Shown here: in pieces, positions 24,101 through 35,299 of the stretch
Layout: each line of letters starts with the position of its first letter
How positions within the stretch are numbered: the stretch's first letter is position 1
Assembly (NCBI GenBank): GCA_973851085.1
Contig: OZ316775.1
Location: forward strand, 13,826,001-13,890,000
Reading direction: 5' to 3'
DNA: 64,000 nucleotides
DNA from: Ptychomitrium polyphyllum
Taxonomy: Eukaryota
The notes under the pieces: generated by a model
What the model saw: only the letters and a program-made list of their open reading frames with translations
Told to the model about the DNA's origin: nothing
Database searches by the model: none
Position numbers and translations under genes: made by a program

Positions 24101-27100
24101 GCGCACGGGCAAATGGGCGGCAGTCAGATGCGAATGCAGCAGTCGAATCTGGCAGGGAGAACACTGCAGACAAGCAACGTGGGCGGGAGCGCGGGGAAGG
24201 TACAGGACCTGGCATGTGCGCCAGCGGAGCACTTTGAGCACCATCGAGTAGGTTATGCAGGACGGGTGTGCGGTAGATGTGAGAGTCGCAAGTGACGTGT
24301 GTGCGTGGGGAGGCTGATGGGGAGGTGATTTAGCGTAGACGGAGGTATGTGTGAGGGGTCGGTGAGTTGCACCCGGAGCGGCTGGGAAGCGAGGATCCTG
24401 ACGCCGTGGAACATGATTTTGCAGGAGCCCTTTCTTCCACCGAGACCTGAGAGCGCCGGCGACGAGCAGTCGAGCTACAGCAGCAGCATGTTGGCGCACA
24501 GAGCACGATTCGGTGGCCGCAGAGATGTGGCAGATCCTGGAAGGTAAAGCAGCACGATGTGAGCGTTGCAGTGAGGTGCACCTGGGAGTGGTGTAAGAAC
24601 GGGGTCATTGGTGACGCGAGTGACGGTCCCGGGCGGAGGGGCAGTGGGTTTGAAATGGATGGTGCACCCCCAACATGCAGAAAGTGGTGTAGTGCGTGAT
24701 AGGGTGGCGGTGCACCCTCCGAGGAGGCGAGGTCAGAGCGGTCCGGGTCTGCGTAGCATGGGATGATTGGGTAGGGCGGTTGGGTCACATGTGTGTGGTA
24801 TGCGGTCGATGGCACGCATCGACGTGGGCACGCGCAGCTGTCTGATCGCGCACGGGCTTGGTTTTTCACGCAGGAACACTCTGGAGCTGTTGCATCAGTC
24901 GGAGCAGGGGGAGGAGATCGCAGATGGTCCGGTGGAGCAGGAGGGGTCAGGTGCGGAGGACGGCGGTGGCCCCTCGGCGACCTCCTTAGCGCACCTGAGG
25001 CCGGGTAAGTTTGAGCGGGTGTGAGTGCTGTGATTTGGGTGTTGCAGAGGTGGTTTGTGCGGAAGGGCAGCGTGGGTGATGGTCCGGCCGTAATGATGGT
25101 ATGCGTTGTGCAGGGCACATGGGTGGTTCCCCCCTCCGACGGCCAACCCCATCGCGAGTGGAGTTCATATCGAGGGAGCAGATGGAGGCGCAAGTTGCAA
25201 GGAACATGGAGAGCTGGCCCCAGGGCAGGAACTTGCAACAGGAGTTCAGCAGGGAGGATGGTCGTGCATATGCACAGTCGCAGATGCAGTCGCAGGTGCA
25301 GGCCCAGGTGCAGGCCCAGGTGCAGGCCCAGGTGCAGGCCCAGATGCAGGCCCAGATGCAGGCCCAGATGCAGGCGCACAACATGCGAGCAGCCCAGTTA
25401 CAAGCCGAGAGCATGGCGAGGCCAGGTCAGGTGCAGGAGAGGGTGGGCATGAATCCGGCGTTTCTGGGTGCGAACAGGCATTTCCCGAGCGATATGTCGA
25501 GGCAGACGGCTGCCAACATCTACAAGAACCTGAGCGAAGCAGCAAAAATACAGTTTCGGCAGCAGCTACACCAACAGCAGGTGGCCAACCAGCAGCGAGC
25601 CCAACAGAACCAAAGGGCCAGCGTGGGCGGTCATCCAATGGAGCACCCGAACATGCCTTCGGGCATAGACCCAAGAGTGGCGGCGCAGCAGCACATGTCG
25701 AGAGTGGGTTACCCAGACAGGCCGGCAATGGCCTCAGGCATGTCGTCGGACAAACAAGCCGCGGCAAGTGAAATGGGCGCCGGTCCACCCGGGCAGGGCG
25801 AAGCGGAATCACCCGAAGCCCAGGCGGGGGCGCTGCAGCAATCGCAGCAACCTGGTCCCGCCGCACCGATAGTGAAGAAGAGGAAGGAGTTTCCGCCACT
25901 GGTGCCGTGGCGCACCACGATCTCGCAGGGGTCTACGAATCTTCCGACAACAAGGTTGGTGGCGTCTGTTTTGAGGCTGTTCTTTTCCTTTGCGGAGGGG
26001 TTGGGCTCCGATTGCCAACTTGGCATGGTGGTGAGATGCGACCGTTCCTGTGTGGTGATGTTCGTCGGGCATTGTGAGCAGCGTGCAACAGCGCGTCGGT
26101 GGTATTTGGGAGTCGTTCACTCGCGCTGTTGTGAGTGGCAGTCCGCAACGTTGAGCATTGGGGTTGCCTTGAGGACGTGTGCACGGTTTCAGCTGCGAAG
26201 GGGTGTACGTGGGAGTCGCGGAAGGGCAAGTCGAGAGTTTCGCATGAGTGTATTTCGCTAGGTGTTGTCGGGATGACGGATGGGGAGGGATATGCAGAAC
26301 TTGCTGTATGTAACCGAACGGGATATAGATGTAGAATGTCAGATATGACCGAACGGGTGAGACATAGAAAGCCCGTTGTACGTGTCGGAGATGACTTGTT
26401 GTACGTGCCGAGTGGGCCCCTGAGCAGCTGGCCGTTTCGGTGTTTAAGTGGACCATGGCAGTATGGTTTTAGTAACCGACCATGTTTCGTTGGGTGGTTG
26501 TTGTGCAGCCGTGCGGAGACGGAGTGGGCTGGCGCAACCAACTCCAACCAAGACCAGGTATGGATGGGCGCGGGTGTTGGGATGAGAAGTTTTTCTTTGA
26601 GGAACGGTACTAGTGTTGGACGATCGAGTGAACGTCGTGTCCGGATGATCTGCTGGAAGGAGCAGCGAGTTTCGGATGATGGTGCGGCGTGCGCAGGTTG
26701 TAGGCGTGAGAAGGTCGATGGGCATCCTGTCGTTCGCTTTGCTAGTTCCAGCTCCAGCGGCTGGACAGTCGTGATGGGTGGGCGTTGGGAGTCGCACGTT
26801 TCATGTTCAGTGTTGTGGAGAGGTAGTGGCACCTCGGGATGAAGGAGAAAGCAATCTGGGAAGTCAGAGTGCATAGGGTGTGCACAGTGTGCCGTGAGTT
26901 CCGGGTCCTAGAGGCGTCCACAGGGAGCTGTCGGATGACGGGAGAATGCGGCGACGTGCTGCTTGGGAGATTTGTATGGTTTTCATGTGCATGGCATTGC
27001 CTGGGTCTCGCGAACGGTGACGTCACGCATGGTGAGATGGCATCACGGTTTGCACGAGTTGTTCCCCACTCCGGGAGGTCGAACTGCAAACCGTCGACCC

Positions 27101-28727
27101 CGTCAGTCGTGGTGGTGTGGATCGTAGAGCGGGTACCGTTCGTAGTGTGGCCATCGGAGTCAGGTGTGGTACTGTGGACGTGGTGGAGTTTCGATCGGGT
27201 GTCGCAGTGTTTCGTTCTGTGGGGTCCTACGGTCTGTCAGAACGGTGTGGAATTGGACATCGGACAGAGGGCAGGGTAGAGAAGCATGGACCGGTTGAAG
27301 TTTGGCAGTGTAGTCATTTCCACGCTGCAGAAGGCCGTGCAGGAACGCCCGGGTCCTTCACACTAGGGGAATAAACCGTGTAGCATCTCTGAGCAGCGTG
27401 TGTTTGTCCCACAGGAACGGTTCAACGATGCCGTGGAGTCGCTGGATGTTACGGCCATGTGTGTGAAGCGAGCGAAGAGGCGGTTGAAGTTCACGACGCA
27501 ACTGATGCAGCAGCTTGTACCCGCCCTCCCGTGCCAGCTGTTCAAGGGAACCGGCTTGGACGACTACAAGTCCGCCACTTTTGTGCTCGCGAAGTTCGCC
27601 GTGAGCGAAGCGTGTTGGTTGTCCACCGGCTTGAGCAGGGGGGCCTCCGGTGCTGTCGCCGTGGAAGACGGTGCGGAAATGAGCAACGGAGACGATACGA
27701 CGTATGGTTTCCCAGTTTCCCGGTCGCTCTGAATGTGGAATCTGATGCGAGGTCTTACTGTTTCCTGTGCGTGTCCTTTCGAGGAGGTCGAACTTTGGTT
27801 GGCTAGGAGTCGTCGTCAGGCGAGTGTTGGTCATAGTGAGTGCCGGCAACCGAGCAGTTGCCGTGAGGTAGTGTTCCAGCGAGTCTGTGACGGCCACGTT
27901 CAGGCGCCATCCGGCGACGATGCAGAGTTGTTGGGAAGTGCAGGTATTGAGGCTTTCTCGGTTTGTGCAGTGTAAGAAGTGACCAGCAAGTGGCAGCGGT
28001 GAAGCAAGGCAGCCCACTTACGCTCTCCAGCAAGCTCAGGACACAGTTGCAACAGAAGATGACGGAATTGCAGGATGAGTTGTCAAGGTGCGTAGCGTGT
28101 GCGCCTTTCCTTGACTAGCACGTTGTGGGCTGTGCGTGAACTTGGTGTCCAGGGTTCCTGATTTTGTATGGCCTTCTTCGTTCAATGTACCTGGGGATAG
28201 GTTGTAAGGAAGCGCAGCGGTGTGAGGAATACGTGTGTCCTCGTGGTACCGCGGGGGAAGTGGGTAACGTGTCCAGGTTTGTGAGTGCTTGTTACACGCC
28301 AGAGCGTCGAGGAATAGGGCGCCGGGCGGTGCACGGTGCAACGGGTGGACGTGGTGAAAGGATATCCACCTAGCGGATGGGAGGTCGATGTGCGCCGTCG
28401 CTTGGGAGCGTGTTGTCTGCCATGATCCCGGTGACTGACGATTTGGTGGGGAGGGGCAGGTTGGAAAGCGCACCCACGGCATCGAAGCTGTCAAGGGAGC
28501 TGCACGACCTGGACAAGATGGTCGTGTTGAATCGGATGGCGAGGGTTCACGGGTCGGAGTTTTTAGGCGGATTGGGCAATTCAAGTGAGAGCCCCCGCGG
28601 CAAACTGGAACCACACGGCGAAGCGCCTGTGGCATACAGCCCCGAGAATGCTCATCCGGAACGATTTGTAGCTGCCGTATTTGTTCCTCAAACGATTCCC
28701 GAGAACCTGATGCTATTTCCATTGTAA
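18298..28727 (+). CDS. Large Gln-rich protein of the plant 'dentin sialophosphoprotein-like' family (Arabidopsis At5g07940/70/80, described as SYD-associated SWI/SNF subunits SYS1-3), ~1948 aa, 13 coding exons
   Basis: GT-AG exons joining in frame: 18298-18380, 18711-18751, 19010-19046, 19590-19644, 19905-21191, 21668-24199, 24425-24543, 24874-25004, 25114-25954, 26509-26557, 27415-27701, 27971-28087, 28460-28727 (5847 nt). Family motifs recognised: NTLELLHQ, KKRK...LVPW...QG...AETEWAGATN, KRRLKFTTQLMQQL...SEAC, LHDLDKMVVLNRMARVHG, PERFVAAVFVPQTIPENLMLFPL*. The four small 5' exons are less certain. Confidence 0.85.
20584..20830 (+). repeat. Coding minisatellite, 18-nt unit encoding R-E-Q-Q-Q-(M/L/I), ~13 units
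   Basis: Repeats of (cgg/agg)gagcagcagcag(atg/ctt) inside exon 5. Pure CAG tracts also occur at 21078-21107 (10 Q) and ~22274-22297. Confidence 0.95.
25280..25378 (+). repeat. Coding minisatellite, 12-nt unit encoding Q-A-Q-(V/M)
   Basis: caggcccag(g/a)tg repeated ~7 times in exon 9. Confidence 0.93.
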
Positions 28728-31700
28728 CAAAAGGTAGTCGGTGCTTCCGTTCCTCTTGGTCACCTGAGTTCCCGGTGGATCCGCTGAGGCTCGTGGGGTT
28801 TGGGTTCGTCGGTCTGGTCACTCCTTGGATCACGAGAGGGTGTATTCCAGAACATGGTGTACGGGGCCCTTTGGGATTTTGGCAGCTTCGTATGAGCTAT
28901 GTATTTGGTCACAGACTCGAGGGCGACGGAGTAGACCTTTGTCGTCGGTGGTTTGTGTATCTGTCCGGTTGACCCGTCGTGTTTGGGCAAGGTAGGTGTG
29001 GTCGTCGGCGGGCAGGGCTTCCCCCCGAGGACACCGGACACTTTTCTGGTAGTATGGTTTGTGGGCTCCGAAGACATGCTTAGCCAGGAGGTGAATGTTT
29101 TGGAAGAGCTGAATCCCATCAGGCCGTCGCGCCTTGGGGTCGCTTGGAGCAAAGCCCGGAAGGGTGAAAGCACGCAGAGGAGCACGCGTGTTCCCATGAC
29201 CGGACAGTGCGTGGTTCCTTGCGATTCCAGTATGAGCCCCTGGGGTGCCTGGGTGCATGCCGATGAGAGTCTTGGTATATGGCGAGGGTGCGGTCACGGG
29301 GATCCGTGCGCAGAATGGCGGGTCCGCCTTGGTTGGAGTGGGAATGGTTGGCGATTCGCGGGTGTGGTATCGGGGGCGGTGCACCATATTCTGTTGTCTG
29401 AATACGATCCGTGTACTTTGTGCAGGGGAAGGTTCGGTCGACAAGGAATGGAATCTCTTTGGTCCGGTAGGGGTTATATGGAGGAGCATTCCTTGGCTTT
29501 TATCAAGAGACAGTGTAGGGCACGAGAGCGGAGACAGGTTTCCTATCTTTCAGCTTCCGCCAGAGGTGGACACCGGCAGCCTGAGGAGTGTGGGAAGAGT
29601 GTCCGACGCGAGGAATTGATCTGGGCTCTGGGGAAGCGTGCTGAGTCACCGGAAATCTCCGGAGCTTGAGAAACGGAGTTTCCTTCGGAGTCCTCCGGAG
29701 CGGAATCTTTTGATACTGGCTCTGCCGTGGTGTGGTCATTCACACCCTTGTAAATGTTGTCAAATTTAGCATCTTTCGAACCATGTGATGAGTACGGGTG
29801 CTGGTTTTCTTTTGGAAGCATGAGTTTTTGTATGGTATATGTCAGCGCTTGTGAATAATTGTCTGTTCTTTCATGTCTGGATGTTGATTTTGTGCAATTC
29901 ATGGATGGTTTCTAGTTTATTTTTACTTCTCTGAACATTTTCTGTCATCAGGGTTTGGTTTTCAATGATCTATCACGTTGCCAGAGATGTTTCTCTGCCC
30001 ATCCTTGGCCAGGTTGTGTTTTTCCACGCGGCATGAGTGATTCCAATACTTCATGGCAGGACCGTCGATTGTGATGTAAGGCGATGATTTAGTGGTTCTT
30101 ATGTACGGATATCTTGAAGGTTGATCATATCCAGTCGAAATCGCGCTGAAAGTAGTCCGGTTGTGGGATCTGATCTTGCGCTGAACTCTGCTGCTGCACT
30201 GTCGCAGTACCTGCGTCACTAATGCAATGTTGTGTGATTTGATCACGTCGGATGTAGAGTAGCTGAGGATATCACTGGACTCCATCGTTGAGTGCGGGGT
30301 TGATTGTTAGGCGATTCAATGCAGCTTGGCTGTGCCCTAGTACCCTTGGTGTCTTCGCTGAACTTCGACTTCAGCTGCAGCCAGAGCTGGTGATCAGATG
30401 AATGAGCACAGTAGGGGTTTTAGGTGAAACTATTTTTTGCTGCTTAGCTAGGTGTCATCAGCTTTGGAGTATTCAAGCATTAAGCGAAAGATAGCAGAAA
30501 GGAAAGTCGGGCTCATACACAGAGTAGCAGACCAGGGGTGCCGGATGAACACTTTTGAGGTCCTATGCTAAATCCAGAACCCGAAGTGGAAATACTTATG
30601 AAGGTACTCCTGGCGGACCAACCGTCTCCGTCATCTCTACTGTTAGCGGAAGCTCGTGTGATGTGATTCACTAGTTATGTCGGTTCTGAGTTTCCCTGGT
30701 CCATGAGTTTCCCTAATGCGGGACGGTGGCTGTACTTCTCTTGATGCACGTGACGTCCTTACCATATAAATATTAGTAAAGAATTAGCTTTTATTTTTGA
30801 GTTACTGCACTTTCCGGAGTAGGCATTGATTCTGGAAGTGCGCTTTCCAAGTACGTGCCGAGATTCAGAAATTTCACAGTCGAGATTCTAGGAGGGACTT
30901 GTAAACCCATGTACAGGGAACAGAACTTATTTAATGACCTGGTCCGCGATGTGACGACGATAAGGATGAAACGCTGAACGGTTGAGATGTCTAACGTTGT
31001 CTGGAATTTAAAATCCACAGAACCGAGTATCGAGTACCGGAATTAGCGGCAAGGGAATGGAAAGCTGTTGGGGAAAAATTAAGATATCTTCGCTCCCGTA
31101 CTGTGCGGTAACCCAAAACCAGCACCATCAGAGGATGAAATTCATTCTAGGTGCATCGAAGTGCGGTTTCCTGAGATTACAGGAAACAAGTCCCATGTGT
31201 TCGTTGTTTTTTTCCTTTGAAATAAATGTAATGTAACTCCATTGCAAGAGTTACAGTACGACAACACCTTACTGAAACCTAATTAGAGAAGAAGTCCCAT
31301 GTATTTGAAGTTCTACACTGCACTAAGGGCGCCGCTTTTTACTGCTTCCATTCAGTGGAAACACATTGACCGAAACATTGAACACTACAGTTAATGGAAA
31401 TGCAAGGCTATCATTTTGAGACATAAATTCATTCGTCCAGTGAATAATTTGTGCAGTAATCGTTGGTAACATTGCCACATTGTCGTTGTCGGTTTCCAGT
31501 GTGCTTCGTTGCAAGATCACAATTACGGAGCACAGTATCTTTCCAGTTGGCCTTGACAATTGAGGAAGACGAAATTAGAATAATGTACAAATAGTAGACA
31601 AGTTCCTTGTAGCTCGATTAACCCTCACTTGCTCGCTGTATAAATCCACTGGAAAGGTCACTTCTCCCAAGGATCATCGCAGGACCCTTGGACTGTTAGA

Positions 31701-31862
31701 GACGATCGGGTGACGATCGGAGCAGTTTAGCTACTGAGCCAGTTCGTGGTCTCCGTTTCAGCTTAGAGTGTGTGAGCTCTGGAAATCGGAACCCCTGTAA
31801 CTAGGGGCTCGTGAGCTTTGATACTTTTGAGAACTTGGTCGCGTTCTCATTCGAGGTCAGTT

Positions 31863-34208
31863 ATGAATGCTGGATTACCTGAGATATGGGTCATCACGAT
31901 TTCTGTTGCGGTTTTGGCAGCTGTGGCCGTAGGAATGTTTGTAGCGCTAGGGGCTTACAAGATCGGGGAGCTCTCTGGGAAGTTGAAGAAGGCGGGTGTA
32001 GCAGTACCTGTGCCAAGTACTGTACCTGCTCCAAGCGCGACCAAGGAAGAGGGCGCCACTTCCAATCCGAAGAAGGAAAAGGAGGAGGATAAGAGCGACG
32101 ATGAAGATTTAGACAGCTCCGCGGACGAAGAGGAATCCGGAAGCGAAGAAGCAGCGAAGGAGAAGAAGCCTAAGAAGAAGAGCAAGACTTCGAAGACGAA
32201 GCCCAAGGACGTGAAGAAGGTGATGGACGATGACTGGGAGTGGCCCATCTACGATACATGGTGGTCGGAGGCCACATACAGGATGGAGCGCAGGCTGCGA
32301 GCGAAGCAGAAGAAGGGCCAGCACAATTCCGCACCCTTCGAGGTCGCCTACGAGCAGATGAAGGGCTGGCCAGACGAAGTGACCATCAAGCTGCGCTCAA
32401 AGAGCCTCATTCAGGTGGCGAAGAAATGCTTGCCCAAACAATCCGAACACCTGCTCATCGAAGAGCCGCTGATCAACGGAAGGGAGATGTTCATCGCACT
32501 GAACGCCTTCAAGGAGACGTACCAATCCATGCCGGAGGACGACACAGCACTCGGGAGACACCACTTGAAACACTTGGTGCGGTTCCTGGAGAAAGAGTAC
32601 AAGGACACAATCGTGCACTTCGAGAGAGCGAGGCGAGAGCGGAAGGTCACGTGGGGTTTGCTGTGGGCGTTTTTGCACAAGGGCGAGGAGGTGTACTATA
32701 AATGCTCTCTCACAGAGGAGACGCTGCAGGGGATTGTGAAGTATTGCTACTACCACTCGAGCATGCAAGGGAAGTATCTGCGTGTCGTGCTCAAATGCTG
32801 CGACTGGAATGGCGTCAAGTATGTGAAATGCCCTGTGTCGGTCACCATCGACGAGTTCCGGAACGAGAAGAGCTTCGGGGCGATCGGGACGTGTCCGATT
32901 AGCCTCCTGGACGATACGGAGGTGGCGCAAATGCAGGCCATGTTCCTCCGCAACGGCAGAAAATTTTACGACATCGTCAGCCGCGGCAGCTGCTACATGG
33001 AGTACCAGGGGCCGCGGCTGCGGATGGTACAGAATGGGACTTGCTGGCAGTTAAAGAAGCAGAAGGCGGATGGGCGCGTGATGGTGGATCTGCTGAGCTT
33101 CGCGAGGATGAACCCAGATTATCCACTGGAAAATGCGGAGCCTCCGACGACCTGCAGTCCTCAGTGCCACTCGTGTGGGGATACGGAGATTCCGGGCGAC
33201 AAGGATCTCATGCTGGCGCCCGCGGTTGTGTATGGGTTCTCGTTTTCCAACAAGCAGTGGGGTGGGTTTGATGTGAATGGATTCTCGGAGATTCAGTTCG
33301 ACGACGAAGCGTTTGACCGCGACCTTGTGCTCCCGGATCCAACGCGGAAGCAGATGCTGTTTTCGTTGGTGTCGGAGCATCTACGAGACCCAGCTAGCGA
33401 AGAGGAGGATGAGGGTGCACAGAAGCTCGACCCGATCTCTAACAAGGGCGATGGCTGCATTTTCCTGTGCTATGGCCCGCCAGGGACGGGGAAAACTCTC
33501 ACGGCGGAATCCATGGCGGAGAGATTGCACCGACCGTTGTGGTCAATCAGCGTATTCGAGCTGGGCACGAACGCGAAGGAGTTGGAGACAAATTTGGTCG
33601 AGATTCTGGATATCGCGTCGCAATGGCGGGCGGTGCTGCTGCTGGACGAGGCCGACATTTACATGGAGAAGCGCACGTCGAAGGGCGACCCAAGCCGCAC
33701 AGCCATGACCGCCATCTTCCTGCGCCTGCTGGAGTACTACCGCGGCGTGCTGTTTCTCACGACCAACCGCGTCGCCACCTTCGACGACGCCTTCTGCTCC
33801 CGCATCTCCATGTTCCTGCGCTACCACCGCCTCGCCGGCGCGCAGCGCGAGGCAGTGTGGAGTAACCTCTTCGCCCGCGCTGGCATCAAACACCCCGACC
33901 TGGCGCCGTTCCTGGAGACCCAGCTCAACGGGCGCGAGATTCGCAACACCATTCAAATCGCGCAGACGTGGGCCAAGAGCTCCGGCGAGCCCCTCACCAC
34001 CGGCCATGTCCTCCAGGTGGTCAACATGCTGGGCGAGTTCCAGCACGACCTGGAGGGCGCCATCGAGGATGAATCCGACGAGCGCTCCATAGCCAGAGCT
34101 CTCGTTAAAGTGCGCAGCATGAAAAATAGCGGTGGCAGCCACACGGAGCTCAACGGCCGTTTTGTAGACGTCGCAGCAACGTCTACGAACGATGACGAAG
34201 ACGCTTGA
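31863..34208 (+). CDS. Intronless AAA+ ATPase (781 aa) with an N-terminal transmembrane helix; fungal-type family (DUF7025-like middle domain plus a single AAA domain)
   Basis: Uninterrupted ORF from ATG 31863. Hydrophobic IWVITISVAVLAAVAVGMFVALGAY followed by a charged linker. Walker A GPPGTGKT (33474-33497), Walker B LLLDEAD, FLRLLEYYRGVLFLTTNRV (sensor 1), FDDAFCSRI (Arg finger), LNGREIRN (sensor 2). TATA-like gtataaat at ~31638. Confidence 0.92.
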   Translation: MNAGLPEIWVITISVAVLAAVAVGMFVALGAYKIGELSGKLKKAGVAVPVPSTVPAPSATKEEGATSNPKKEKEEDKSDDEDLDSSADEEESGSEEAAKEKKPKKKSKTSKTKPKDVKKVMDDDWEWPIYDTWWSEATYRMERRLRAKQKKGQHNSAPFEVAYEQMKGWPDEVTIKLRSKSLIQVAKKCLPKQSEHLLIEEPLINGREMFIALNAFKETYQSMPEDDTALGRHHLKHLVRFLEKEYKDTIVHFERARRERKVTWGLLWAFLHKGEEVYYKCSLTEETLQGIVKYCYYHSSMQGKYLRVVLKCCDWNGVKYVKCPVSVTIDEFRNEKSFGAIGTCPISLLDDTEVAQMQAMFLRNGRKFYDIVSRGSCYMEYQGPRLRMVQNGTCWQLKKQKADGRVMVDLLSFARMNPDYPLENAEPPTTCSPQCHSCGDTEIPGDKDLMLAPAVVYGFSFSNKQWGGFDVNGFSEIQFDDEAFDRDLVLPDPTRKQMLFSLVSEHLRDPASEEEDEGAQKLDPISNKGDGCIFLCYGPPGTGKTLTAESMAERLHRPLWSISVFELGTNAKELETNLVEILDIASQWRAVLLLDEADIYMEKRTSKGDPSRTAMTAIFLRLLEYYRGVLFLTTNRVATFDDAFCSRISMFLRYHRLAGAQREAVWSNLFARAGIKHPDLAPFLETQLNGREIRNTIQIAQTWAKSSGEPLTTGHVLQVVNMLGEFQHDLEGAIEDESDERSIARALVKVRSMKNSGGSHTELNGRFVDVAATSTNDDEDA

Positions 34209-35299
34209 ATCTGTTTGCAAATTTTGGTTAACCTGACGCGCTAGTGCCACAAACTATGTATCCGACATTGAAAGTCTGCTGCAAGATTGTGACGATCATT
34301 CTCAATCAATGTGAAATAGACCCTTCATGGAGCTTCATGATCATTTTGGTACCCGAGCGATCCCATTCCTGAATTAGGGATGATTACAATGTTGTAGAAG
34401 TATGAAATTACACTGTGTATTATAATGTTAAATAGGGCACGTAGTAAGTTTTGTACCTTTACTACATTGACATGCTCTAATATATTCCTTACTTTCCACG
34501 TCAAAACAATATTTTGTGCCCTTGTAATTTTTTGTTATTGACTATTATAATTTTTGAGCCATATGGTCAACACTCGTGAATTGTCTAGAATCTTTGAGAG
34601 GCAATGTGATGATGGTTGCCAGGAATAATTGGTGGACTAAAGATTCCTTTTAGGGAATTATTAATATGTGGCTTTAGATCTAGACTATGAACAACTTACT
34701 TGCAACCGGATTATGCATAATTGTAGACTCAGCTAATTCTCAGCGAACTTACAAAACTTCAACTCTGGTTCAACCTTTATGCAGTTCACAAATTACACAG
34801 CAGTGACGAAATCTAAAATCAAAATTATCTGCGCAGAACCTAGTTGCTCCGTCCACCAAAAAATGCAAATACAAGCATCATACATCAGGCTAGCAAGGAA
34901 ACTATTTACTTACCACTCCAACATACACATTGCAGTAGCAGATACTTTGTGACCAAGTGGGGCACTGAGCATTTAATTGAGCTACTATGCCATTTCTTCA
35001 CAAGTGAATTCTATCCAGTCAATCATTACCTCCACAAATAAACTTCTATCTATACCAACGGAAGCTCGTCCACTAACAACTCCTGAAATCAACAAACCTT
35101 CACCTCCAGCTCGGACCAGAACTCCAAAATAAGTTTCGAATACTGACACCATGAGACACCAACGTCTCAAACAACCCAACCACATCAGACACCTCAAGCA
35201 CTGATCAAATACTTCACCATTCTGAGGTGGATTACATTTCGGAGATGCCATTCCATCGATGAACTTCTATGGTTGGCATTCTGTGGATGAAATTGTATG

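Noticed and set aside
16750..29740. Many long overlapping ORFs on both strands (e.g. 19692-21419-, 18683-19924-, 23217-24215-)
   Set aside because: They are shadow ORFs caused by high GC and CAG repeats. The spliced + strand model explains the region, and these ORFs have no recognisable domains.
34780..35251. Minus-strand 88-aa ORF with splice-like signals
   Set aside because: Joining the candidate exons gives early stops and I recognise no homology. At most a gene relic.
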